Source: Candidatus Omnitrophota bacterium | GTDB taxonomy: Bacteria > Omnitrophota > Gorgyraeia > 2-01-FULL-45-10 | Assembly: GCA_041663425.1 (NCBI GenBank) | Contig: JBAYMS010000005.1 | Span: 531 to 64,530 of the forward strand | Length of the DNA stretch: 64,000 bases | Reading direction: 5' to 3' | In this document: positions 25,949 through 35,128 of the stretch, one piece after another | Position numbering within the stretch: the stretch's first letter is position 1 | Layout of the letters: every line of letters begins with the position of its first letter | Position numbers and translations under genes: made by a program | Notes under the pieces: model-generated | The model's database searches: none | What the model saw: the letters and a program-made list of their open reading frames with translations, nothing else | Told to the model about the DNA's origin: nothing

Positions 25949-26764
25949 TCAATGAGTATGCTCATGACTAGGGTGTTCGTGCGGATGCACGTGCGATTTG
26001 CCATCATGAATGTGAGAATGGACATGAATAAGGTTGTTCTCATGAAGAAAGGTAGTATCAGCTAAAAGTTCTGCTGGACGAGCAGACCGTATGATCGTTT
26101 TATCGTGATTGAACACATAGACAATATCGGCGATCTCCTCAATTATATGCATATCGTGAGTCGCAGTAATAATAGTCTTGCCATCACCATGATATTTATT
26201 AAGAAGATCCACCAACCCCCTGGAGGTTCTCGGATCAAGCCCGGCAGTAGGCTCATCCAGCAAAAGCACTTCCGGGCCGGATATCAAAACAGACGCCATT
26301 GATACTTTCCGCTTCTCGCCTATACTTAACTGATGGGGCATCCTATCAGAAAGATCTTCTATGCCGAATATCTTCATTATCGGGTCAAAAACCTTATCTA
26401 TTTCTTTGCGGTCAAAACCAAGATTAAGCGGGCCGAACATAACCTCCTCTTTTACAGTCGGGCAGAATAGCTGAACATCCGGATTCTGGAATACCAGGCC
26501 CACCTTCGACCTGAACTCATGATTAAACCCCTCATCATTAAATGCGCCCTCGCCAAGCTCAACGCCAAACGCTTTTACAGAACCGCTATCAGGGAATATC
26601 AGGGCATCGAAAAGATGCAAAAGAGTAGACTTGCCGGAACCGTTAGCTCCGATGATAGCCACCCGCTGACCTTTTTCAACCGAAATATTCACTCCGCGCA
26701 GGGCGGGATATTTCCCAAGATACGAAAAACGGACATCTTCTGCTTTGAAAATTATCTCGCTCAT
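25949..26764 (-). CDS. cbiO: ECF-type cobalt/nickel transporter ATP-binding protein with a His-rich C-terminal tail
   Basis: 271 aa. It has Walker A GANGSGKST, the signature LSIGEKRKVS, and Walker B LLLDEP. The C-terminal tail is HVHSHIHDGKSHVHPHEHPSHEHTH (11 His in the last 25 residues). Confidence 0.85.
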   Translation of the reverse strand: MSEIIFKAEDVRFSYLGKYPALRGVNISVEKGQRVAIIGANGSGKSTLLHLFDALIFPDSGSVKAFGVELGEGAFNDEGFNHEFRSKVGLVFQNPDVQLFCPTVKEEVMFGPLNLGFDRKEIDKVFDPIMKIFGIEDLSDRMPHQLSIGEKRKVSMASVLISGPEVLLLDEPTAGLDPRTSRGLVDLLNKYHGDGKTIITATHDMHIIEEIADIVYVFNHDKTIIRSARPAELLADTTFLHENNLIHVHSHIHDGKSHVHPHEHPSHEHTH

Positions 26765-27624
26765 ATTATGTTAAATCTCCACATTTCGCCGAAATAAAGA
26801 AGTGCGCCGGAGGCTGATATCACTAAAAGAAACCATACCCAGTCCATAGGCCGTGTCTTAAAATCATGCAATACGACCGGCTCTCCCCGGTAACCTCTGG
26901 ATAACATTGCACCATACACAGCATCATTCAGCCGATACGACCTGTACCATAAAGATGCCATATTCCATGCTACCATATGCTGCCCTTTTTTATAATGCAC
27001 CCTTCGTCCCACACGGCTTTTTATAGCCACATAAGTATTTTCGACCACTTCCATAAAAAGGTAAATATATCTGTAGCACATCCCAAGCACCATAACAAAT
27101 ACCTGCGGCACCTTTATTACACGCAGGACTTTAAGCAGCTCAAAATGTTTTGTTGTAATGCTTAAAAGCACAGCAAAAGAGACTGAGGCAATTACGCGCG
27201 TCACAAAAAGCGAAGCGCCCAGCAGGCCCTGTCTCGTAATAATAAAGTTTAAATTCATTATCTTAAAAGTCAATATCGGGTCTCCTGGCGAGAAGAAACT
27301 GAACAAAGCCGGTATGGCTATGAATAGCGAGAACAGGGGCATAAATACCCATGTTCTCTTCAGGAAAAATCCAAGATTTATCTTTGACAAATACGCAAGA
27401 AACAAACATGCAATGTAGAGAAAAAAGGAAACCACAATACTTTTTGTAAAAAGAACTGTCACGATAAAAATTGCGAATGTCACAGCTTTTATCCTTGGAT
27501 CTATCGACTGCAGAAAACCAGACACCGACGCGTATTCATCCGAAAATACGGATTCTTTTAAAAAAGATAGAGCGCTCATGATAGAGCGCTCTATGAAATT
27601 ATTTTTCCTTTTAACTGCCAACAT
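26761..27624 (-). CDS. cbiQ: ECF transporter transmembrane (T) component CbiQ/NikQ
   Basis: 287 aa polytopic membrane protein. Its position between cbiN-like and cbiO, and its size, fit CbiQ/EcfT. Confidence 0.7.
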   Translation of the reverse strand: MLAVKRKNNFIERSIMSALSFLKESVFSDEYASVSGFLQSIDPRIKAVTFAIFIVTVLFTKSIVVSFFLYIACLFLAYLSKINLGFFLKRTWVFMPLFSLFIAIPALFSFFSPGDPILTFKIMNLNFIITRQGLLGASLFVTRVIASVSFAVLLSITTKHFELLKVLRVIKVPQVFVMVLGMCYRYIYLFMEVVENTYVAIKSRVGRRVHYKKGQHMVAWNMASLWYRSYRLNDAVYGAMLSRGYRGEPVVLHDFKTRPMDWVWFLLVISASGALLYFGEMWRFNII

Positions 27625-27959
27625 TAATCGCCTTTTTTAACCAGCATCTTCCCTATAAAAAACACGGCTAAAACCGTTATCCCTATTCCCGTAATAGCTG
27701 ATATTATATAGGCTACACTAAGCTGTGGCAATCCTTTTTCTTCCCAGCCCTTAAAAGCATAATCAGGTATAGGCGCACTCCAGAGAGCGGAAAGTTTCTC
27801 AAGGCCTTGCGGAATATAACCGACTAATTTCTGCATTTCATCGGCTCCCCATTCACCCCATGCCGAGCCTGCTTTAAAATGATCCGGCAATATAAGTCCT
27901 ATGGGAGACAAGACGATCAATACCGCCAATCCTATACATAATTTTGTGGTTAGCTTCAT
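27624..27959 (-). CDS. cbiN: CbiN/NikN-like small membrane component
   Basis: 111 aa. There is one TM at each end around a central loop with PDYAFKGWEE (compare CbiN PDYEPWF). It sits between cbiM and cbiQ as in canonical cbiMNQO. Confidence 0.5.
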   Translation of the reverse strand: MKLTTKLCIGLAVLIVLSPIGLILPDHFKAGSAWGEWGADEMQKLVGYIPQGLEKLSALWSAPIPDYAFKGWEEKGLPQLSVAYIISAITGIGITVLAVFFIGKMLVKKGD

Positions 27960-27961
27960 TA

Positions 27962-28642
27962 TTATTTCCTCCCCTCTTCAAGCAGGCTCAAATCCTGCTT
28001 CTGCAAATATTTAACAACCAGCGCCGTTACAATAGCCTCTACCCATCCAAATACAAGAGCGTGCTCGCCGATCATTGCCGGAAGAGCAACATTTAACCCG
28101 TAGGGGCAGTATAGCGCCTGTCCGGCTGCCGTCTTGTGCAATAAAGGCTGAATACCAAATTCAAATCCCGTCATCGCAGCAGCAATATTCAGGGCGACAT
28201 ACCCCGCAATGCCTGCAGCGATAACTCTTCGCCCGGAGCTGGCAGAAGAATTATAACTGATAATTTTATATATATAGTATCCGACAAACGGCAGAACAAA
28301 CGCCATATTAAAGCAGTTCGCCCCGATCGCAGTAATACCGCCGTCACCAAATAATAGAGCCTGGACTACAAGCGCTACGGTAATCGCTATACAAGCCGCC
28401 CACGGTCCCAATAGTATCGCAACCAATACTCCGCCTACGGCGTGTCCGGTCGTCCCTCCGGGTATCGGAACATTGAACATCATAATAACAAAACTGAACG
28501 CAGCGCCTATAGCTAAAAGCGGCACTTGTTTTGCCTTAAGTGTTTTTTTAACCACACTGGAAGCTATCGCCCATATGGGAGCCATTACTACATAGAAAAA
28601 TCCGCATGTCGTAGGCCCTAGATAACCATCTGGTATATGCAT
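27962..28642 (-). CDS. cbiM: Cobalt/nickel ECF transporter substrate-capture component CbiM/NikM
   Basis: 226 aa. The N-terminus MHIPDGYL is the conserved metal-coordinating start of CbiM/NikM proteins. It is a polytopic membrane protein. Confidence 0.85.
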   Translation of the reverse strand: MHIPDGYLGPTTCGFFYVVMAPIWAIASSVVKKTLKAKQVPLLAIGAAFSFVIMMFNVPIPGGTTGHAVGGVLVAILLGPWAACIAITVALVVQALLFGDGGITAIGANCFNMAFVLPFVGYYIYKIISYNSSASSGRRVIAAGIAGYVALNIAAAMTGFEFGIQPLLHKTAAGQALYCPYGLNVALPAMIGEHALVFGWVEAIVTALVVKYLQKQDLSLLEEGRK

Positions 28643-28663
28643 ACTGTCCCCTTTCGTTTTTAC

Positions 28664-30073
28664 TTAAAAACTAATTTGACCTCTCATGCCATAAACAAAT
28701 ATTGTATTGCTGTCTCCCTGATACGATTCATTAACACCTCGGGGATTCCAGATAAATTGAATATCCGGACTAAGTGCCAGGTTTTTTGTAATTTTGAAAT
28801 TATAATAAGCTTCAAAGTGCCCTTCAGCAGCCGTGCCATGCACAGTGCCATCATCATACCCTTTGTATTCACTGCTAGGGAACAACTGGCCTATAGCGAA
28901 GGCGAGAACGTCTTCGTCTCTTTTCCAGTACTTACCTGTCATCTGAAGGCCGGCAGACCACATCCACTCGACGGGCGCCGCATTCAGATTTGTGCTTGCT
29001 ATACTGACATCGCCTCTCTGCCAGCTGAGTCTGGCAAATGCGCCGAAAACATCCGTTATCATCTGGTCACAGCTCAATCCAAAACCTGTATTGGTTTGCT
29101 TGGAACTATCCTCCACTGCGGTAAATTTAACATGGTCCAGGCCGTTATACCATAAATAAGCTCTATAATTACCAGCCCACATTTTTTCATCATATCCGAA
29201 TGCCTTAGCCGGCATAAAGGTAAGTTCCGTTGATATGAAAGGTTTGTCAAAAATATCCTTATAGGTATTGTTTGCGTTGAAATATGATGCATTTACTGCT
29301 ATATAAGGCAGCCTTTCCAGAACCATTGAGATAGAAGCGCCGAGAGTATTATCATTCGGCCACTCTATAGCCGCAGAATTCCTGAACATACGGCCTAAGA
29401 ACTGCGTGGTTTCATCGAACGCGTATTCGTTCTGGTCCAGATAATTGGCCGGATCCATTTTACCGGCAGTTACAGAAACTTGTTTATTAAAAAGGTAATG
29501 CTGATACCAGACTTCCGTTATAGGAACATTTGCGTTGGTATCATTAGCATCCCTGTTAACATTACTGAAAACATTAAGCCTGTCTTCAAGAGTGTTTGAC
29601 TGACCCGGCTCTAGATGCATCAATGCAAGACCCCAGTCGTCAAATGCCTTCTCTATAAATATGTCTGCAGACCACGAAGCATCGCATCTGGACTTATTGC
29701 TGTCTCCGGCATTATTAGCATCCGGAGTCCCCTGCACAATAAACGTCGCGTCAGCCTGTATCTTAAATCCACATGGCAATTCGACTCCCTCGCCCGGCGC
29801 GTATTTTATCAATCCTTCGGTAGGCACAGCCTGTATAAGAGACTGCTTTACATCCCTTACAGTTCCCTGTTGTTCCAATATAGCGCACTTCTGCTCACCA
29901 ACCTGCTTCTGAAGCTCCGCTATCTGCGCTTTCAGCTGATCCATTTCCGATATTTTTGCTTTCAGTTCAGCGATTTCTTTTTTGAGCTCTTCCTCGCTCG
30001 CAAACACAGGTTGCGCTAAAAAAGACATGGCAATGAATAGAACTGTTAGTTTTCTTACTACTTTACCCCACAT
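28664..30073 (-). CDS. Outer-membrane beta-barrel porin, OprB-like (carbohydrate-selective porin family) with N-terminal coiled coil
   Basis: 469 aa. It has a signal peptide (LTVLFIAMSFLAQPVFA), a ~45 aa heptad coiled coil (EELKKEIAELKAKISEMDQLKAQIAELQKQV), then alternating hydrophobic beta-strand patterns ending in ...YGMRGQISF (C-terminal Phe). The layout is shared with OprB-type porins. The family call is tentative. Confidence 0.5.
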   Translation of the reverse strand: MWGKVVRKLTVLFIAMSFLAQPVFASEEELKKEIAELKAKISEMDQLKAQIAELQKQVGEQKCAILEQQGTVRDVKQSLIQAVPTEGLIKYAPGEGVELPCGFKIQADATFIVQGTPDANNAGDSNKSRCDASWSADIFIEKAFDDWGLALMHLEPGQSNTLEDRLNVFSNVNRDANDTNANVPITEVWYQHYLFNKQVSVTAGKMDPANYLDQNEYAFDETTQFLGRMFRNSAAIEWPNDNTLGASISMVLERLPYIAVNASYFNANNTYKDIFDKPFISTELTFMPAKAFGYDEKMWAGNYRAYLWYNGLDHVKFTAVEDSSKQTNTGFGLSCDQMITDVFGAFARLSWQRGDVSIASTNLNAAPVEWMWSAGLQMTGKYWKRDEDVLAFAIGQLFPSSEYKGYDDGTVHGTAAEGHFEAYYNFKITKNLALSPDIQFIWNPRGVNESYQGDSNTIFVYGMRGQISF

Positions 30074-30091
30074 ATGCTGCTTCTCCTTCCT

Positions 30092-30430
30092 TTATTCGCT
30101 CGATATAAAATCGATATAAAATTCTTTACCTTTATCTATATCAAAATCACTGCTTTTACACATAGGACACTCAAACACAGGTTCGCTGTGCTTTGATATC
30201 TTTTTGCAACTTTTACAATGCATGGTAAATTCGCCTGTCTTTACATTAAGTTTAACGTGTCCATAACCTTCAGGCTGAGCCAATACCTTAAAAGTTTCTT
30301 TAAGCCCTTCCGGCTTAACATGACTAAACGGACTTAAAGTTACATTTACAATAACGCTACACTTACTATTTTTGAAATTACCCTTCTTAAGCATTGAAAT
30401 AATTTCATTTGCGTATTTCAGATCGTGCAT
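30092..30430 (-). CDS. hypA: Hydrogenase/urease nickel-insertion metallochaperone HypA
   Basis: 112 aa. It has an N-terminal MHD (MHE-type nickel site) and a zinc finger CKSCKK...CPMCKS (CxxC-x13-CxxC). Size is typical for HypA/HybF. Confidence 0.7.
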   Translation of the reverse strand: MHDLKYANEIISMLKKGNFKNSKCSVIVNVTLSPFSHVKPEGLKETFKVLAQPEGYGHVKLNVKTGEFTMHCKSCKKISKHSEPVFECPMCKSSDFDIDKGKEFYIDFISSE

Positions 30431-30452
30431 CTTCTCCTCCTTTCTAAATACC

Positions 30453-31442
30453 TCACAGATATCTATTATTTTTTAAATATAAGGCGTAATCCTTAACAGA
30501 TTCGCTGATCGTCGCAAAACTCTTTTCATACCCGGATTTTCTCAGCTTCCCCATCTCCGCCCGGGTAAAATACTGGTATTTCTCTCTTAACGTTTCCGGC
30601 ATCTCTATATATTTAACGCAAGGTTTTTTATTAACGGCGGAAAACATAGCAGCGGCTAGCTCATTCCAGCTATGAGCAACCCCGCTTCCTAAATTAAATA
30701 TCCCGGTTTTCCCGGGGTTACTCAAAAAGAAAAATAAAACATCGACGGCATCTTTCACATATATAAAATCTCTTTTTTGCTCGCCGTCTTTACAATCTCT
30801 CCTATATGACTTAAACAGTTTTATGCATCCATGATCGGTAACTTCTTTAAATTTTTTGCACACTACACTCATCATATCGCCTTTATGATATTCATTGGGC
30901 CCGAATACGTTAAAAAATTTAACGCCAGTAGCTTCCTTATCCAAATCCAAACGATTATTTAATAACCATAAGTCAAAAAGCTGCTTCGAATACCCATACA
31001 TATTAAGAGGTTTCAGCTTCAGGATGGTTTCGACATCATCCCGATAACCAAACTCACCATCACCATATGTTGCGGCGGATGAGGCATATATGAATTTGAC
31101 TCTATGATCTATTGCCCATATAGCGAGGGCTTTGGAATATTCGTAATTGTTTTTTACAAAGTACGCAGCATCGGTAAAAGTGGTTGAACTGCAGGCGCCA
31201 AGGTGCACTATCGTTTTTATACCGGAAATCTTACCGGAATGAAGCAGTCCTAAAAAATCTTCTTTTTGTATATAATCGGATATCTTTTTGCCGGAGAGAT
31301 TATGCCATTTTTCTGAAGTGCCGAGATTGTCTACTACTATAATATCATTTATGCCTTCTTTATTTAGCTTCCACAAAAAACAACTCCCTATGAAACCCGC
31401 GCCGCCCGTCACAACTATAGTATTTTTTTTCAATGCCCACAT
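30453..31442 (-). CDS. hldD: ADP-L-glycero-D-manno-heptose 6-epimerase
   Basis: 329 aa. It has VTGGAGFIGS, VVDNL, HLGACSSTT and YASSAATYG, matching RfaD/HldD nearly motif for motif. Confidence 0.85.
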   Translation of the reverse strand: MWALKKNTIVVTGGAGFIGSCFLWKLNKEGINDIIVVDNLGTSEKWHNLSGKKISDYIQKEDFLGLLHSGKISGIKTIVHLGACSSTTFTDAAYFVKNNYEYSKALAIWAIDHRVKFIYASSAATYGDGEFGYRDDVETILKLKPLNMYGYSKQLFDLWLLNNRLDLDKEATGVKFFNVFGPNEYHKGDMMSVVCKKFKEVTDHGCIKLFKSYRRDCKDGEQKRDFIYVKDAVDVLFFFLSNPGKTGIFNLGSGVAHSWNELAAAMFSAVNKKPCVKYIEMPETLREKYQYFTRAEMGKLRKSGYEKSFATISESVKDYALYLKNNRYL

Positions 31443-31495
31443 CCGCTATGTAGTATTACTTATTTAAAAATCGTGCTACTTTATACCAAAAAAAA

Positions 31496-31909
31496 TTATA
31501 TCCCCTTGCCGGTACTTGACATGCTGAGAGTGGCATGCTTAACACCTTTTATCGCCCTTAAAATATCCGCTAGTCTCTGTACTTTCTCCGCTGTTCCTTT
31601 TATAGCCACTATCTCAAGACAGTTATCATGATCCAGGTGAATATGCTGGGTCGACATTATCACTTTGCTGAAATCATGCTGTATATCCATAAGCTTATTC
31701 ACAAGCTCCCGCTTATGGTGATCGTAGATCATTATGATAGCCCCGGCGACCTCTTTGCCCTCCACCCATTCGCGCTTAACAAGCTCCTGACGCACGATGT
31801 CAGAGAAGGCCTTCGAACGGTTTGTGCAGCCCCTGGCTTTCATCAAACGATCAAATTTGTCTAGAAGGTCTTTTTCCGCGGATATCCCGAAACGCGCCAA
31901 TCCCGCCAT
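31496..31909 (-). CDS. nikR: Nickel-responsive transcriptional regulator NikR (ribbon-helix-helix plus metal-binding domain)
   Basis: 137 aa. It has an N-terminal RHH (RFGISAEKDLLDKFDRLM) and a C-terminal domain with HHKRE...H...HIHLDHDNCLE, which resembles the NikR high-affinity Ni site (His/His/Cys). Confidence 0.7.
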   Translation of the reverse strand: MAGLARFGISAEKDLLDKFDRLMKARGCTNRSKAFSDIVRQELVKREWVEGKEVAGAIIMIYDHHKRELVNKLMDIQHDFSKVIMSTQHIHLDHDNCLEIVAIKGTAEKVQRLADILRAIKGVKHATLSMSSTGKGI

Positions 31910-31930
31910 ACGTTACCTCGCTTAAATTGA

Positions 31931-31955
31931 TGTTACTATTTTAAATATAGTAACA
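31931..31955. promoter_or_regulatory. 25-bp near-perfect palindrome (9-7-9) upstream of nikR, candidate NikR operator
   Basis: The sequence is TGTTACTAT-TTTAAAT-ATAGTAACA, with 9-bp arms that are perfect reverse complements. It lies 22 bp upstream of the nikR start codon. Confidence 0.45.
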
Positions 31956-31974
31956 CGTAAAAGATCTCTGTCAA

Positions 31975-32823
31975 TTACTTTTTAAATATTTTTTTAAGCA
32001 AGGCCGTTAAACAATAAAATAATGCCGCAAAAAGAACTATAGTAGCCCCTGAGGCCGCTCCCCAATAATATGAGCAGATCAAACCCGCCACACCAGACAC
32101 AAGGCTTATTACCACCGCAAACATAGTATACCGGCGCATATCTCCTGCAATATTACGGGATGCGGCTGCAGGCAGTATAAGCAAAGAATTGATTATCAAA
32201 ATACCCACTAAACGTATCGATAAAGTTACAACAAGCGCTACAAGAACGGCAAAACTTATCTCTATTAGAAGTACATTAATGCCACGGCTCGAGGCAAGAG
32301 AAGAATTTACACTAACCATCGAAAGCTTATTTCCGCATACCACACAGTAGAAGAGAACACCTACTGCCATTAATGCCAGTATAACAACCTGCGAAGGCGT
32401 AACTGTCAGGATGTCGCCTATCAAATAAGCAGTGTATTTTGCAAATCCACCCCCGCGGCTAAGGATAACGATACCTAAAGCTACCACCATAGCAAAAAAT
32501 ACGCCCAATACTGTATCGGAAGCAGCCTGAGTAGTCCCTTTAAATAACACAACAGCAATAGCCAGCACCACCCCCAAAGCTATCATCGATACAGAAGGAT
32601 CCGGCAATCCCAAGACTACTCCGATCGCTATACCAGCCAGAGCGGAATGCCCCAACACGTCAGAAAAAAACGCCATGTGCTTACTTATAATAGCTGTTCC
32701 CAGAAGAGCAAACACAGGGGTAATTAAGATAACCGCCAGAATGGCATTTTTCATAAAATCATATTTCGCCCAGCCAAAAGGCAGGATCAATTCCATAATT
32801 TTATATAAATTTTCCATGATCAC
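31975..32823 (-). CDS. znuB: Zinc/manganese ABC transporter permease (ABC-3 family)
   Basis: 282 aa polytopic membrane protein with ABC-3 (ZnuB/MntB/TroC) N-terminal conservation. It is co-directional with the ATPase and SBP genes. Confidence 0.8.
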   Translation of the reverse strand: MIMENLYKIMELILPFGWAKYDFMKNAILAVILITPVFALLGTAIISKHMAFFSDVLGHSALAGIAIGVVLGLPDPSVSMIALGVVLAIAVVLFKGTTQAASDTVLGVFFAMVVALGIVILSRGGGFAKYTAYLIGDILTVTPSQVVILALMAVGVLFYCVVCGNKLSMVSVNSSLASSRGINVLLIEISFAVLVALVVTLSIRLVGILIINSLLILPAAASRNIAGDMRRYTMFAVVISLVSGVAGLICSYYWGAASGATIVLFAALFYCLTALLKKIFKK

Positions 32824-33590
32824 CGCGCCTCTTTATCCGAAGCAGGGCCGGGTAGTTTCGAAATATTCCACAAGCTCGGCCCCAAAGACTGTATGAGCCG
32901 CTCATCGGAAAGCACTTCCTGCGGCTTACCGCTTGCGATAATAGAATTATTCAAAAGCACCATCCTGTCAGCATGAGGCGCTACCCCTATAAGGTCATGC
33001 GTAACAAGCAGCACCGTAACATCGTTCGTCTTTTTTAATGAGGATGCTATTTCATAAAAAAGTGCCAGGCCTTTAGCGTCCACGCCCGACATCGGCTCAT
33101 CCAGTAAAAGCAGGTCCGGCTTAGGCGTCATAGCCATAGCAAGAAGGACTCTCTGCAGCTCACCGCCGGAGAGCTCTCCTATCCTTTTTCCCAAAAGGTT
33201 TCCGGCAGACACACCTTCCAAGGAAGCCTTTATTGTTTCTTTTACAGAATGCTTCACCCCCAGCCATACAGGATCTTTGCTGATGGCGGACGCTATGAGA
33301 TCGGATACACTTAGAGGAGAATCGAGATCATAATTTAGTTTCTGAGGAACATAACCGATGCGCGGATGCTTATTGAGCTTGCCTTTTACCTGAAAATTTA
33401 TACTGCCGCTATAAGGTATTTCCCCTAATATCGCTCGCAGCAGAGTCGTTTTCCCGGCGCCGTTAGGCCCAATTATCGCTATCAGCTCTCCGCAATTTAC
33501 ATGAAGATTGATACCATTTAAAATAACGGTAGAACCCAATCTAACATTTAAATTTTCTATCTTTGTACAACAATGTTCGCATGTATTCAT
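32820..33590 (-). CDS. znuC: Zinc/manganese ABC transporter ATP-binding protein
   Basis: 256 aa. It has Walker A GPNGAGKTT, signature LSGGELQRV and Walker B LLLLDEP. Confidence 0.8.
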   Translation of the reverse strand: MNTCEHCCTKIENLNVRLGSTVILNGINLHVNCGELIAIIGPNGAGKTTLLRAILGEIPYSGSINFQVKGKLNKHPRIGYVPQKLNYDLDSPLSVSDLIASAISKDPVWLGVKHSVKETIKASLEGVSAGNLLGKRIGELSGGELQRVLLAMAMTPKPDLLLLDEPMSGVDAKGLALFYEIASSLKKTNDVTVLLVTHDLIGVAPHADRMVLLNNSIIASGKPQEVLSDERLIQSLGPSLWNISKLPGPASDKEAR

Positions 33591-34507
33591 TGAGCCAAGG
33601 CCTTACGTAAAACAATGAGATTGCTTTCCATGATATTCAGATAGGCATCCGGGTCATCAGGGCCTGCGACAGCAGGATCTAGAACATAAACCGACGCACC
33701 CGTTTCTTTAGCTATGGTATCTGCGGCAGTTGCCGGATACTGCGGTTCGGCAAACAAGGTCTTTATCCCGCTTCTTTTAATAAGGTCTACGGTTTCGGCC
33801 AGCTCTTTTGCGCTCGGTTGGCTGCCCGGCTCCCTTTCCACAACAGCAGCTATATCCAAGCCAAACTCTCTGGCAAAATATGGGAATGCTTCATGGAACG
33901 TGACTATTTTTTTCCCTTTAAACAGCGCCAGCTCTGAATTCATAGATAAACGCAGCTTCTCTAATTTAGCGATATACGCACCCTCATTTTCGATATACAG
34001 CTCTTTGTGCACAGGGTCAAAAGATACCATGGCTTTAACCAAATTCTTAACTTCGAATATATAATCGGAAATACTTACCCATACATGCGGATTATCACCT
34101 GCGTTATCATTTATAAGAGAAATACCCTCTGATAAAATAACTATTTTAATCCCGTGGTATTGCGCGACCACTTTGTCTAAAAACGATTCCATCCCTGCGC
34201 CATTTGCGACAAGAATATCCGCCCCTACCAGCTTTTTCATATCATTTGTCGTTATAGAATAATCATGCAGACATCCTGTCGTCGGCGGAGTAAGATTTTC
34301 TACCGTTACGCCAGGCACATCCTTACAGACATTTAACGCTATGATATACATAGGATAAAAAGACGCAACTACATTAATATTTCTCGGCTCTTCAGCATTC
34401 GCTTTAGGAGCATATAAAATCCCCGGTAGAAAAACATTTAACATACAGAAAACCATAATAAAACAAACCGATCTCTTCATAGGCCCTCCAATATAAATAG
34501 AAATCAT
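33587..34507 (-). CDS. znuA: Periplasmic metal (Zn/Mn) substrate-binding protein, ZnuA/TroA family
   Basis: 306 aa with a signal peptide. The conserved His-containing motifs (HDYSIT, DPHVWVS, FHEAFPYF) are typical of cluster A-I SBPs. Confidence 0.8.
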   Translation of the reverse strand: MISIYIGGPMKRSVCFIMVFCMLNVFLPGILYAPKANAEEPRNINVVASFYPMYIIALNVCKDVPGVTVENLTPPTTGCLHDYSITTNDMKKLVGADILVANGAGMESFLDKVVAQYHGIKIVILSEGISLINDNAGDNPHVWVSISDYIFEVKNLVKAMVSFDPVHKELYIENEGAYIAKLEKLRLSMNSELALFKGKKIVTFHEAFPYFAREFGLDIAAVVEREPGSQPSAKELAETVDLIKRSGIKTLFAEPQYPATAADTIAKETGASVYVLDPAVAGPDDPDAYLNIMESNLIVLRKALAQ

Positions 34508-34548
34508 TTCTATTTATTATACACCGAACAAAAAGATTGTCAAAATAA

Positions 34549-35127
34549 TTAATAAGAAAGAATGCTGCTTAAAAACGATTCCTTAACCTTCTCAGCCGTA
34601 GCATTAGTTATGTAGAATAAACCTGCAAGCTTTCCGTCTTCGCAGGAACTCTTCTCTGCCTTAAATATTCCTGTCACGGTTACACGTTGAGAATAGGGCG
34701 GGTCCAAACGCACACCTTCTTTTAAGGTCACAAAAACACTATCAAATACAGTGGGCGCAGGCCCCCACGTACAGCATGGGCAGCCAAACGCGTTCCTGGA
34801 TATCGCAAAATTCTTTAACGGCTCATTCATGTAATATTGTTCACTTGGAATCAAGAGATTCCCCGTTAGTTTTACCATCTTACCGTTAAGCTTCAATATT
34901 TCGTCAGGGAAACCTGTTATATCTTCACCTTTCTTTTTCTTATCTGCATACTTCCTCGTCTGCTCCAACTGCTCAAAGGTCACGGTGTAAATTTCACCTG
35001 CTTTGCCTACGCTCGCTTCGGCAGCACTCGACATGCTAACGAAATCAATACGGCGCGGCCCAAAACCCCCACTTACACTTATGACAACGATTATTAAAAG
35101 CGACAAAAAACAGACTTTTATCTTCAT
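34549..35127 (-). CDS. Exported hypothetical protein with CPCC motif
   Basis: 192 aa with a signal peptide. The central FGCPCCTWGPAP motif is present. It lies in the Zur-type operon between the TPR protein and znuA. Confidence 0.4.
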   Translation of the reverse strand: MKIKVCFLSLLIIVVISVSGGFGPRRIDFVSMSSAAEASVGKAGEIYTVTFEQLEQTRKYADKKKKGEDITGFPDEILKLNGKMVKLTGNLLIPSEQYYMNEPLKNFAISRNAFGCPCCTWGPAPTVFDSVFVTLKEGVRLDPPYSQRVTVTGIFKAEKSSCEDGKLAGLFYITNATAEKVKESFLSSILSY

Positions 35128-35128
35128 C

